Both the position numbers and the translations under genes were made by a program. From assembly GCA_945861415.1 (NCBI GenBank), contig CAMAUV010000001.1, positions 121,194 through 185,193 of the forward strand: a DNA stretch of 64,000 bases, in the 5' to 3' direction. Of the stretch, positions 18,627 to 28,400 are shown in pieces. The notes beneath the pieces were generated by a model. The model did no database searches. It was not told where the DNA came from and saw nothing but the letters and a program-made list of their open reading frames with translations. The first letter of the stretch is position 1; every line of letters starts with the position of its first letter. Source of the DNA: Akkermansia muciniphila. GTDB taxonomy: Bacteria > Verrucomicrobiota > Verrucomicrobiia > Verrucomicrobiales > V1-33.

Positions 18627-19681
18627 AACTTTTTCGCATTACCAATATTTATGTCGCGACGTTGTTGGTCGCGACTTTCCTGACCGCCTCACTTCAACCC
18701 GCCAAGGCCCAGGACGGACCCGCCGGAGAGCAGATCGTGGGCGTGGCTCGCCTGACTCCGGAAGTCCGCGCCTCCATTACCAAGGGCCTCGACTATCTCG
18801 CCAAGGAGGGCGTGCAGAAAGCCGATGGAAGCTGGGGCAGCGGACAATATGACGTAGCGGAGACGTCCCTCGGCCTTATGGCTTTCATGCTCAAAGGCCA
18901 CGTCCCGGGCCGTGGCGGTCGCTACGGCGTGGTCATGGAAAACGCCATTACCTACCTCATCAACAAAGGCCGCAGCCAGCGGGGCTTTCTGGGCACTCCC
19001 AACAACCACGCGGGCATGTATGAGCACGGACTCGCCGTCCTCGCCCTGTCCGAAGCGTGGGGTCAAAGCAAGAACCCCGCCGTCGGCACCGCCCTGCGAG
19101 CCGGAGTGGACATTATACTTCGCGCCCAAAACTATCAGGGTGGCTGGCGTTACACCCCTGAGCCCACGGACGCCGATCTTTCCATGACCGTCATGCAACT
19201 GGTGGCGCTCAACTCTGCACGTGAGTCCGGCATCCAGGTGCCGGATACCACCATGGAAAAGGCCACCAAATACGTGATCTCTTGCCAAGACGAAAGCAGT
19301 GGAGGATTCCGCTACATGCCGGGGAACGGCGAAGTCGGCTTTGCCCGCAGCGCCGCTGGCGTTATGTCCCTCATCATGACAGGCCAGCGCAACCACAAGT
19401 CCACCCAGCGAGGGCTGGCATTCTTGAAGGCCTATCCCGACAAGAAGTTCGAAAAAGGCTACCCGCGGTTTCACTACGCCCACTACTACGCCATCCAGGC
19501 CATGTATCAGGCGGGCGAAGCGGACTTCCAGGCATGGTATCCCAAAATCGCTGCCACTGTCGTCTCCATGCAGGCCCCGGATGGAAGCTGGAGCGGCGAA
19601 GGTGGCGCAGCCTATGCCACCGGCGCCTCCATCCTCATTATCGGCGTGCCCTACCGCTTCCTGCCGATCTACCAGCGCTAG
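18623..19681 (+). CDS. Secreted prenyltransferase/squalene-oxidase-repeat (alpha/alpha-toroid) protein
   Basis: An ATGA overlap joins it to the upstream gene, and it has a signal peptide. It carries four QxxxGxW-type repeats (QKADGSWG, QNYQGGWRY, QDESSGGFRY, QAPDGSWSG), as in terpenoid-cyclase/prenyltransferase-fold proteins. Confidence 0.8.
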   Translation: MKLFRITNIYVATLLVATFLTASLQPAKAQDGPAGEQIVGVARLTPEVRASITKGLDYLAKEGVQKADGSWGSGQYDVAETSLGLMAFMLKGHVPGRGGRYGVVMENAITYLINKGRSQRGFLGTPNNHAGMYEHGLAVLALSEAWGQSKNPAVGTALRAGVDIILRAQNYQGGWRYTPEPTDADLSMTVMQLVALNSARESGIQVPDTTMEKATKYVISCQDESSGGFRYMPGNGEVGFARSAAGVMSLIMTGQRNHKSTQRGLAFLKAYPDKKFEKGYPRFHYAHYYAIQAMYQAGEADFQAWYPKIAATVVSMQAPDGSWSGEGGAAYATGASILIIGVPYRFLPIYQR

Positions 19682-19705
19682 CGCGGCTCGCCGGGCAGAT
19701 TGACT

Positions 19706-21682
19706 ATGCATTTCCGCCTTAAACTAATTCTGCTCGCCCTCCCGCTGGCGGGCCCCGCCCTCTCCTTCGCTGCGGATGCTCCTGTTCCCGCAGCCCCCGC
19801 TCCCGCCGTAGCGCCAGTGCCTGCCCCAACAGGAGTCGGCCGCATGCTTCAGCAGCTTGAATCTGGCGACTGGATCCTTCAGGCGGAGGCCCTGCATTAT
19901 TTTGCGAAACATCGCGTCATGGACGGTGCCCGGGCGACCGGTGCTCTGCTGGCCAATGAAAAGGCGGGCCCGTGGATTCGGGGACGCGCACTCGTGACGC
20001 TGTCGGCACTGGAAAACAAGGTGCCCGCGGAATTCGAGAAATGGCTCTCCCACGCCAAGCCGGAACTCCGCGCTGCCGCCGCCGAGGTGCTGGAAGTGCA
20101 GGGTGGCGATCAGGCTGCCGCGTGGCTGCAAACTCTGCTCAAGGACGCGGACGAAACCGTCCGCTATCAGGCCGCCGCGACCCACGCCCGGCGCTCGAAA
20201 GAAGCCGCATGGGCGGTGGTCGATCCGCTTACTGCCGAGGGAACCAGAAGTCCGGCCCGCCTCGCCGCAAGGGCACTCGCGTGGACTGGAACCGATGCGG
20301 CCCTGCAGCGCCTCGGCGTTCTCATGGCCAAGCCCGATCAGCTTTCGAAATGCCTTCAGGGCATTCGCGATATCCTGTCGCCCAAAATCGTTCCGCTCAT
20401 CCTCGCGGCCCGTGCGGTCCTGCCGGATGGCGAGGAGCGGCTGCATGGACTCATCCTCACCGACCTCCAGCTCCGCGACAAAAAGGATCTGGTCGCCGGG
20501 CTGGGCAAATTCATCGAGGCCGGCGGCGACCAGAACATTCGCACCGCGGCGCGAGTCATGACGCTGCTCGCGCCGGCACCCGAACTGGGCGAGCCGCTGC
20601 GCAACGCCCTGACGAAGGTCATGGACACCAAAACCATCGAGGCGGGTATGATCGCCCTCGGCATTCCCGCCATCGAGCCGGCGCGGCACCTCGAATTTTT
20701 CACGAAGCAGCTCGGACACGCCGATCCCGCCATCCGAGCCCTCGCCATCCGCTGCCTTGCGCACTGTGAGGGAGTGAATCTTTTCGAAATCCTGCATCCC
20801 AAGATGGCTGATGAGAATGTCCCGGTGGTCACTGCAGCGCTCGGTGCCCTTTTGCGCAGTCCGCCAGCCAACGCTCCGCGAGGCACTCTCGTCACCTATC
20901 TCCAAGCGCCAATCGGCAGCGCCGACAATACTGTCCGCGCCCTCGCGAATGAAGTGCTGGCCCATGCCGGAAGTTCCGACGACTACCAACCCGCCCTAGC
21001 CACCCTCTCTGGCCTGTTGAAAGGAAAAGACGATAACCTGCGTAGCTCCGCCGCGAAGGCCCTAGGAGAACTGGCCCCGTCCGGCGAAATCGGGGACTTG
21101 GTCTCCATGCAAGGCTACTTGGCCAAATGGACGATCATCGGCACCTTTCTCAACGACGACAAGAACAGCGGATTTCAGGAAGTTTTTCCGCCGGAAAAGG
21201 CCATCGATTTCGAGGCTAAATATCAGGCCAAATTCGTGTGGGCCGGAGTGCAGGGTGGAGTGGAGGGTGCCGGCGACGCCAAGCCTATCGACCGTGAGGT
21301 CGCGTGGACCAAGGTGAGCGTGGATCAGGCCGATGGCCGTCTGCTCATGGCTGCGAATCTCCCACCTCCCGGTTCGCTTTCCGTCGGTTATGCGGTCGCT
21401 GATGCGGCGTTGGAAAAGGAGCGCGAAGTCACGCTCACCATCGACGGCGACGACGGCTTCCGTGTTTGGCTCAACGGCGCGGTGATCGCGGAGCAAATGG
21501 CCACACCGGATCCCAAGACCAAGCTCACCGTAGCTAGCGTGCCCGGCCTCAAAGTGAAGCTCAAGCAGGGCTCCAACCGTTTCCTAGTCAAGTCCTCCAA
21601 CATCACCGGTCCTTGGTGGGTGCGCGTCCGGGCCACGGATGCCGACGGCAATCCCTTGGATTTACGGGCTCCCAAGCAATGA
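19706..21682 (+). CDS. Secreted HEAT-repeat protein with a C-terminal PA14/jelly-roll-like beta-sandwich
   Basis: The signal peptide is MHFRLKLILLALPLAGPALSFA. It has multiple HEAT/PBS-lyase-like repeats (for example PELRAAAAEVLEV...DADETVRYQAAATHARR). The C-terminal segment TIDGDDGFRVWLNGAVIAE...GSNRFLVKSSN resembles PA14-type sandwiches. Confidence 0.78.
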   Translation: MHFRLKLILLALPLAGPALSFAADAPVPAAPAPAVAPVPAPTGVGRMLQQLESGDWILQAEALHYFAKHRVMDGARATGALLANEKAGPWIRGRALVTLSALENKVPAEFEKWLSHAKPELRAAAAEVLEVQGGDQAAAWLQTLLKDADETVRYQAAATHARRSKEAAWAVVDPLTAEGTRSPARLAARALAWTGTDAALQRLGVLMAKPDQLSKCLQGIRDILSPKIVPLILAARAVLPDGEERLHGLILTDLQLRDKKDLVAGLGKFIEAGGDQNIRTAARVMTLLAPAPELGEPLRNALTKVMDTKTIEAGMIALGIPAIEPARHLEFFTKQLGHADPAIRALAIRCLAHCEGVNLFEILHPKMADENVPVVTAALGALLRSPPANAPRGTLVTYLQAPIGSADNTVRALANEVLAHAGSSDDYQPALATLSGLLKGKDDNLRSSAAKALGELAPSGEIGDLVSMQGYLAKWTIIGTFLNDDKNSGFQEVFPPEKAIDFEAKYQAKFVWAGVQGGVEGAGDAKPIDREVAWTKVSVDQADGRLLMAANLPPPGSLSVGYAVADAALEKEREVTLTIDGDDGFRVWLNGAVIAEQMATPDPKTKLTVASVPGLKVKLKQGSNRFLVKSSNITGPWWVRVRATDADGNPLDLRAPKQ

Positions 21683-24600
21683 GCCCGCGAGGTCCTATCC
21701 GGGTTTGTCTGGCCCTTTTTTTCGGAGCCCTCGCTGCATCGGCGGAATCGCCCCCCACTGACCGGCGCTGGGAGCAGGCACAGAAGGCTTACGCCGAGGG
21801 ATTCAGCGACGAGGGACACCACCTGCTCAAAGCCCTCGTCGCCGAGCACCCCGGCGATCTTGATCTCGCTGCGGCCTGCTACGAAAAGATCTTTGCCCAA
21901 GAATACCGCATTCTGCCAAAGCATGTGCCGTTCAAGCTTTTGGGCGAGCCCATGCACAGCCCTTGGCATGCCACCAATCACTACACAGGGGTCAATTCCA
22001 ACATGGAGATCCCGCCCGCCGTAGAACGCCTGATGGCGCTTGAGCGGCTTGGCGGAGTTTCCGCTCATACGGCCCTTCTTCGCACTGCCGGCGGAGCCTC
22101 CGTCGAAGGCGGCCTCAGCCGGCGAGCCTATCTCGAACTAAGCGACATGCTCACCCGCATGAGCCGCGAAAACCCTCGCGACCCGTTCTGGCGGATGATG
22201 GAGGCATACGCTCTCCGCGGGATGAATCGCCCCGAGGCCGGGAGGCTCATTGATGAACTCCGGCGGGAAATCGATCTCGACCATACCGACGATGGGCTGC
22301 GCAGCGACTGGATGGTGGCCGCGAGGATGTTCGATGAGGGCTTTCCCCCACGCGGCAAAAGGAAGGTTCTCCTGCCGGAGGGTAGTCCACTCCCTCTCCT
22401 GGCACCGGTCAATCCTGACGATCCCGACGACCCATGGAGCAAGGTCGCGGATCGCTCCCCAAAAGATATTCCCGGCGAGGTGGACCGGCTCATCGTGCTT
22501 GCTTCCGGTTCTAGGGATTTACTGATGTGGGCGGATACGGATAGCGGCGGCGTTCATCCCGCCCGCGCCCTTGATTACCACCTGCTCAGCAAACCTGCCC
22601 CCGAACTCGACCCCCTGCGTAAGATTCAGGAAAAAACGTTCTCCCCCGAAGCTCAGTCCGCCGCCCGCACCGAGGCCGACATCCTCAAAGTAACCCGCCG
22701 CTTCGCATGGGCGCGCCCCGCTCAGGTGCTTCTGCTGAAAATCGCCAGCGAGGCGCTCTGGGACGGGCGTTTCGAATCTGCATGGCGCAGCTTTCAGGAA
22801 GTCCTTCTCCACACCGCTGACCCCGCGCTCCGCGAAGCTGCCCAAGTCGGTCTCTGGACCGCCCATGGACTCTCCGGCGGAGCAGCGGAAGTGCTCGCGC
22901 AACCCGCCGCCTTCGAGCCTGAGAAGACCTACCCGTGGATGGGTCGTCCGACCAAGGGCTCGGCAATTCGCGCTATCCTTCAGGCTATGGTTCGGCCCGC
23001 ACCGACGGTCGTCGCTTCTTCGCTCAAGGATGTCCGCCCGCACGTCCTGAACCTCCCGCCGGTGACTCCGTGGGTGATGAATACCCACGCGGCTGGGGAC
23101 TTGACCCTCGATCTTCAGGTGGTCGATAAAAAGGTCCTGGTCACCGGGCGCAACCTTCTCGCCGCCTACGACGCTGCCAAACCCGATGCCCCGTTGTGGG
23201 CTCATGTGCAGCATTTCAGCTCCCCGCCCAATAATAACCGGTCACCCTACCCCGGCTACTTCCGCGGGCTCATTGAGGACGGGACACTTTTTACGCGCTG
23301 GGGCATGTCTGAAATGCCGAGCGGTCTGGCCGCTTTCAGCCTTGCCGCCGGCGATTCGTTGTGGGCGGCCCTCGACGCGATACCCAAAGGTTTCAGCGGG
23401 GAAAATCTCCGACAAATAGGCATCATGCCTATCTGCGATCCAGTCCGTGCCGACGGCAGATTGTTCTACCTGCAAATGAGCACTGTCAGCCCGGCGGTGA
23501 ACGGAGGCACTCCCAACGTCAGCCTCGTTTGCTTCGACCCCGGCGCCGTTCAGCCCCGTTGGGCGACTACGATCTTGGAGCCTATCGCGGTGGAGCGCCA
23601 GCACTTCCAGCACAACTACAACACATTCGCCTACGGCAACGCGGTCGCCGTCCATCGTGGCGCGGTCTACAGCTGCACGAATGCTGGTTACATCATCCGC
23701 TCCGATGTGCGCGACGGCCGCGTCGAATGGACCCACAAGTATCCCATTATTGGCGGCGATAGTCAGTCTTTCGGCAGCGCCCCTATCATCGCCGGCAACA
23801 ATGTCATCTGCCTGACCCGCAATGGCGAGCGCGTCTTCGCCCTCGACCAACGCACGGGTTTTGTTGCATGGGAGAATGTCATGATCCGCACCTTCGAGGT
23901 GCTAGGCCTCTGGCAGGACACCCTCGTGGTGCGTGGGCCTACCCACATCGCCGGGCTCGATGTCGCTACCGGAAACGGCCGGTGGATCCGGAATCTAACG
24001 GGGCGCACCCTCAACCGCGGCCAGCTCCTCGCCGATTCCGTCTATATCGGACAGTCCGACGCCCTGCAGCGGCTCGACGCCCGCACCGGCGAGCTGCTCG
24101 AAAGCCGGCCATGGGCGCTCCAGCCCGAACGCGCCCTCAGTTTCATCATCTCCGGCCAGGACCTTTACATCGCCACGGATCGGCCCGCCGCCGACCCCCG
24201 CCAAAATGTGGGCCAGCTTCTCAGCCCGGAAGTGGCTTCTTCCGCCCAGCCGCTCAAGCTACCCCTCAAGCGCGCATGGTCGCTCCTGCGCCCCGATGCC
24301 TCGCTCATGCTCCCGCCCGCCGGAGTCAACTCCGGCACCGCCTATGTCTTTGGCGACGGCCTCATTGAGTGTCTCGAAGTCAACGAACGCGGTGGCATCC
24401 GCTGGCGCCGCTTTCTTGATCTCAACACCAACCAACTCACACGCCACTTCGTCGGCCAGACTGGCGAGATGCTCGTGCTCATGGAAAAGGGCGGTTCATA
24501 CGAGAAGCCCCCGCGTGCCCTCGCCCTCGACACCAAAACCGGCGCGACGATTTGGGAGACGACCATCCCTCCCTGGCACGACCCGCCACCCTCCGTGTGC

Positions 24601-25449
24601 GGCTTCCTGATGATTTTCGCCAGTCACGCCCATCACCTTGGAGGCGGAGCGACCACCTTCGACCTCACCACAGGAAAGCAACTTTGGCGACGCTTCATTC
24701 GCAGCCCCGCCCCTCCGATAGCCTTGGGGGACAGCTCCCGTTTGCAGCTTCTCACCAGCCTTTGGACGCCGAGACCCACGCGTGTGACCCTCAACGCGCA
24801 AACCGGCCACACTATCCCGGATGCCCCGGATAAACCTGCATGGCCGCCCCTGCTTCACAACGTCCACAACAAACAGGGAGCATTCGTCTATCTCCTCCCT
24901 CCGGTGGGAGAGTCGGCGATTTTCCGGGAACAGGCTCACGTTGTGGACCATGTCCCCGGGTCCGGCGCTCCCTACTACCTCATCCGGCCGCGCGACGGTA
25001 ATGACAAGACCACCATGGGCGTCTATCGCGCCGACGACCCGTCCTACTTTTTCAAACTCACGAGCGATAACGTCATGTTCGAGGGCGACTACGCCATCAC
25101 CATCCAGGGAAAAATCGAGATCGCCGACCTCAAAGCCAAACGCCTGCTGCCTCTCCCTGCGGACGAAAAGGCACCCATCCACCAGCAGGGACTTCTCTGC
25201 CGCATCGGCCCCGATCGTTTACTCAAAATCATCGACAAGGGCGGCGGGAAGAATCTCGTCTTCATCATAGATCTCCCAAGCGGGACCGTGACCGAGGGGG
25301 AACTCGAAAATCCCGGTCAGACCGAGCAAATCGCCACGTCACGCTACCTCAACCTCAATCCCCATAACAGGCCGTTTCTTCCGACGTTCGACCGCGTCTT
25401 TCTGGCCTACGACAACACCAACATTACCGCGTGGGTCGCGGCCCTCTAG
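21679..25449 (+). CDS. Giant exported protein, paralogue 1: N-terminal helical (TPR-like) region plus PQQ/BamB-like beta-propeller repeats
   Basis: The ATG at 21679 overlaps the upstream stop (ATGA) and gives the signal peptide MSPRGPIRVCLALFFGALAASA. It has repeated 'ALDQRTGFVAWEN', 'GLDVATGNGRWIRN' and 'LDARTGELLESRPW' motifs typical of PQQ-like propeller blades. I read the supplied ORF start at 21613 as an artefactual extension. Confidence 0.82.
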   Translation: MSPRGPIRVCLALFFGALAASAESPPTDRRWEQAQKAYAEGFSDEGHHLLKALVAEHPGDLDLAAACYEKIFAQEYRILPKHVPFKLLGEPMHSPWHATNHYTGVNSNMEIPPAVERLMALERLGGVSAHTALLRTAGGASVEGGLSRRAYLELSDMLTRMSRENPRDPFWRMMEAYALRGMNRPEAGRLIDELRREIDLDHTDDGLRSDWMVAARMFDEGFPPRGKRKVLLPEGSPLPLLAPVNPDDPDDPWSKVADRSPKDIPGEVDRLIVLASGSRDLLMWADTDSGGVHPARALDYHLLSKPAPELDPLRKIQEKTFSPEAQSAARTEADILKVTRRFAWARPAQVLLLKIASEALWDGRFESAWRSFQEVLLHTADPALREAAQVGLWTAHGLSGGAAEVLAQPAAFEPEKTYPWMGRPTKGSAIRAILQAMVRPAPTVVASSLKDVRPHVLNLPPVTPWVMNTHAAGDLTLDLQVVDKKVLVTGRNLLAAYDAAKPDAPLWAHVQHFSSPPNNNRSPYPGYFRGLIEDGTLFTRWGMSEMPSGLAAFSLAAGDSLWAALDAIPKGFSGENLRQIGIMPICDPVRADGRLFYLQMSTVSPAVNGGTPNVSLVCFDPGAVQPRWATTILEPIAVERQHFQHNYNTFAYGNAVAVHRGAVYSCTNAGYIIRSDVRDGRVEWTHKYPIIGGDSQSFGSAPIIAGNNVICLTRNGERVFALDQRTGFVAWENVMIRTFEVLGLWQDTLVVRGPTHIAGLDVATGNGRWIRNLTGRTLNRGQLLADSVYIGQSDALQRLDARTGELLESRPWALQPERALSFIISGQDLYIATDRPAADPRQNVGQLLSPEVASSAQPLKLPLKRAWSLLRPDASLMLPPAGVNSGTAYVFGDGLIECLEVNERGGIRWRRFLDLNTNQLTRHFVGQTGEMLVLMEKGGSYEKPPRALALDTKTGATIWETTIPPWHDPPPSVCGFLMIFASHAHHLGGGATTFDLTTGKQLWRRFIRSPAPPIALGDSSRLQLLTSLWTPRPTRVTLNAQTGHTIPDAPDKPAWPPLLHNVHNKQGAFVYLLPPVGESAIFREQAHVVDHVPGSGAPYYLIRPRDGNDKTTMGVYRADDPSYFFKLTSDNVMFEGDYAITIQGKIEIADLKAKRLLPLPADEKAPIHQQGLLCRIGPDRLLKIIDKGGGKNLVFIIDLPSGTVTEGELENPGQTEQIATSRYLNLNPHNRPFLPTFDRVFLAYDNTNITAWVAAL

Positions 25450-25452
25450 CAG

Positions 25453-28400
25453 ATGAAAAGTCCGATCCTCCTCACTCTCGCCCTGTTCCTTGGAGCCCTC
25501 CCTGCGCCAGCGAATCCACCCACTGACGACGCCCGCTGGGCCAACGCGCTCAAGGCTTACGGGAAAGGTCAGCGCGAGCAGGGCCACCGCTTGCTCGCCG
25601 CCCTCACCGCCGAGCATCCAGGCGATCTCGATCTCGCCGCCGCCTGCTACGGGAAAATCCTCGCCAGCGAAAACCTCCCGTCCGTGAAGACCCCGGTGCT
25701 CACCGACCGTCCCTGGATCACCCTTGGCACGGAACGCCTGCTGGCCCTCGAACGCCTCGGTGCCCACTCCGCAAACACATCCATCTTCCGTTCCGCCGCC
25801 GCCGCTGCGAGTCAGCACGAGGTTGCAAAAAACCGCTACCTCGACGCCCATGAAACGATCTCCCGTCTGCGCTCCGAGAATGACCACGATCTTTTCTGGC
25901 GCATGATCGAAGTCCGCATCCTCCGCAGCATGGGCCTGCCCGAAGCCGAAGCACGCGTCTCCGAACTCAGGCGGGACTATGATCCTGACCATTCCGATCC
26001 TGACAAACGCGCTGATTGGGAATGGATCGCCACAGAAATCACCCCGCCCGGTGGTCCTCCTCTGGTCGGTCGTCCCGCCGGGGCCCGGCCACCCCTGCGC
26101 CTACCCGTTACCGTCCCGGTCGCGCCCACGGGCAGCCCGATCAGTCTGCTGGCACCCGAAGATCCCGAAGGCCGCTGGCGGGTCATCACCGAACCGTCCC
26201 CCAAAGGAGGCGTTGGCGCCGTGGATCGCTTCCTCGGCTACGCTTACGCTGCCGCTGAAGGGGTGCCGTGGAGCGGTGGTCGCGGTCTGCTCGATTCCAG
26301 CCGGGCGATTGACCTGCACCTCCTCAGTAAACCCGCCGCCGAACTCGAAGCCCTGCGCCAGGAGCAGGAAAAGCAATTCTCCCGCGAAGCCCAGACCGCA
26401 GCCCGCAGCGAAGCGGGCATCCTCAAAGCAAGCCGCCGCTTCCCATGGTCGCGGTCGGCCCAGGCGCTTCTCCTGAAACTCGCCGGCGAGGCGCTTTGGG
26501 ACGGACGCTCCGAGTCCGCATGGCGCAGCTTTCAGGAAGTGCTCGTCCATACCACCGACCCTGCACTCCGCGAGGCCGCGCAGACGGGCCTCTGGACCGC
26601 TCAGGCCCTCTCCGGCGGAGCTGCGGAAGTGCTCGCGCAACCCGCCGCTTTCGAGCCTGGCAAGACCTATCAATGGATGGGGCGTCAGGCCAAAGGTGAG
26701 GAAATTCGCGCCGCCCTGCAGGCCACAGTCCGGCCCGCGACTTCGGTCGCTGCGCCTGCGCTTTCGGCCGTCCGTCCGCGTGTGCTCCAACTCCCGCCAG
26801 TGGCACCGTGGACCATGAGTGTGGGCTTCAGCGTCGATCTCCAGGTGGTTGGGAATAGAGTCGTGGCCAGTGCCCGAAACGTCATCGCCGCCTACGACGC
26901 CGCCAATCCCGGCGCTCCGCTGTGGACCCATTCGCAACAACGTTCCACCGCCAACTCCCACTGGCCATGCTACTACCGCAGTCTCATTGAAGAAAGCACG
27001 ATTTTCACGCGCTGGAGCGTCACCGACTTGCCCAGCGGTCTGGCCGCCTTTGACCTCGCCAGCGGTGATCCGTTGTGGACTGCGCTGAGTGAAATCCCCC
27101 GGCCCAAACGTTTCAGCCCTGTAAAAAAGCAACCGGTGCGCTTCTCCGTGCCGGCGGGCGATCCGATCCGCGCCGATGGCCAGCTCTTCTACCTGCAATG
27201 GGACTCCATCCATGAGCTCCACTCCAAGCAAGGCACGAACGTGAACCTCGTGTGCTTCGATCCTGGCACCGGCGAGCCCCGCTGGACGACCACAGTCAAC
27301 GATCACCGGTTTGCAGGAGATTTCCGCGGCCCCACAGCCGCCATCTACGGAAACTCCGTCACCGCGCATCGCGGAGCGGTCTATAGCTGCACGAACACCG
27401 GGCAGATTGTTCGTTCGGACGTTCGTGACGGTCGCATCGAATGGTCCCATAACTATCGCCACCACCCCACCAACGCGGAGTTTCTCGGCACCGCCCCCAT
27501 CGTCGCCGGCAGCAATGTGATCTGCCTTCCCCGCGATTCGGGAATCGTCATCGCTCTCGACCAGCGCACCGGCTTTCCCGTCTGGGAAAATCCCCTCATC
27601 CGCGCCGCCGAGGCGCTGGGCATCTGGCAGGACACCCTCGTGCTGCGCGGTGTGGCCACCCTCGCCGGGCTCGATCTCGCCACAGGAAAGACCCGGTGGT
27701 CCCGGAATCTGACCGGGCGCACTCTCGACCGCTCGCAGCTCATCGCAGACTCCATCTACCTCGGCGAGGCCGACTCCCTCCTACGGCTCGACGCCCGCAC
27801 CGGCGAATTGCTCGAAACCCGCCCGTGGGCGCTCCAGTCCGAACGCGCCCTCACGTTCACCCTCGCCGGCCAAGACCTCTACGTCGTCTCAGACCGCCCC
27901 GCCGACGACCCCCGGCAGAAAACCGGCCAACCTCTCGGCCCAGAACTCGCCTCGTCACCGCTCCCGTTCAAGCTGCCCATGCAGCGCGCATGGTCACTCT
28001 CGCGCCCTGAGGCCACCCTCGCCGTCCCGCCTGCCGGAGTAAGCCCCGGCACTGCTTACGTCATCAGCGATGGCCTCATCGAGTGCCTTGATGTCGTCAA
28101 ACGCGGTGCCATCCGCTGGCGACGATTCCTCAATGCCAGCGGCCCCGCAGTATTCTTCGCCGGCGACACACTCATTCTGCGGGAAAAGGAAGTCCCACAT
28201 CTCCCGTCCGCCCGCGTCCTCGCCATCGATTCAAAGACTGGAGTGACACTCTGGGAAGCACCCGTGCCCATCAACCACCAGCACGTCTTTCACTTCGGCA
28301 CCCGCCTCCTTTTCCACGACGGACGTGAAAAACTCGTCGCCCTCGACCTTGCAACTGGCCAGCGGGCATGGCAGACCACTTTGATCACGGCCCATACTCA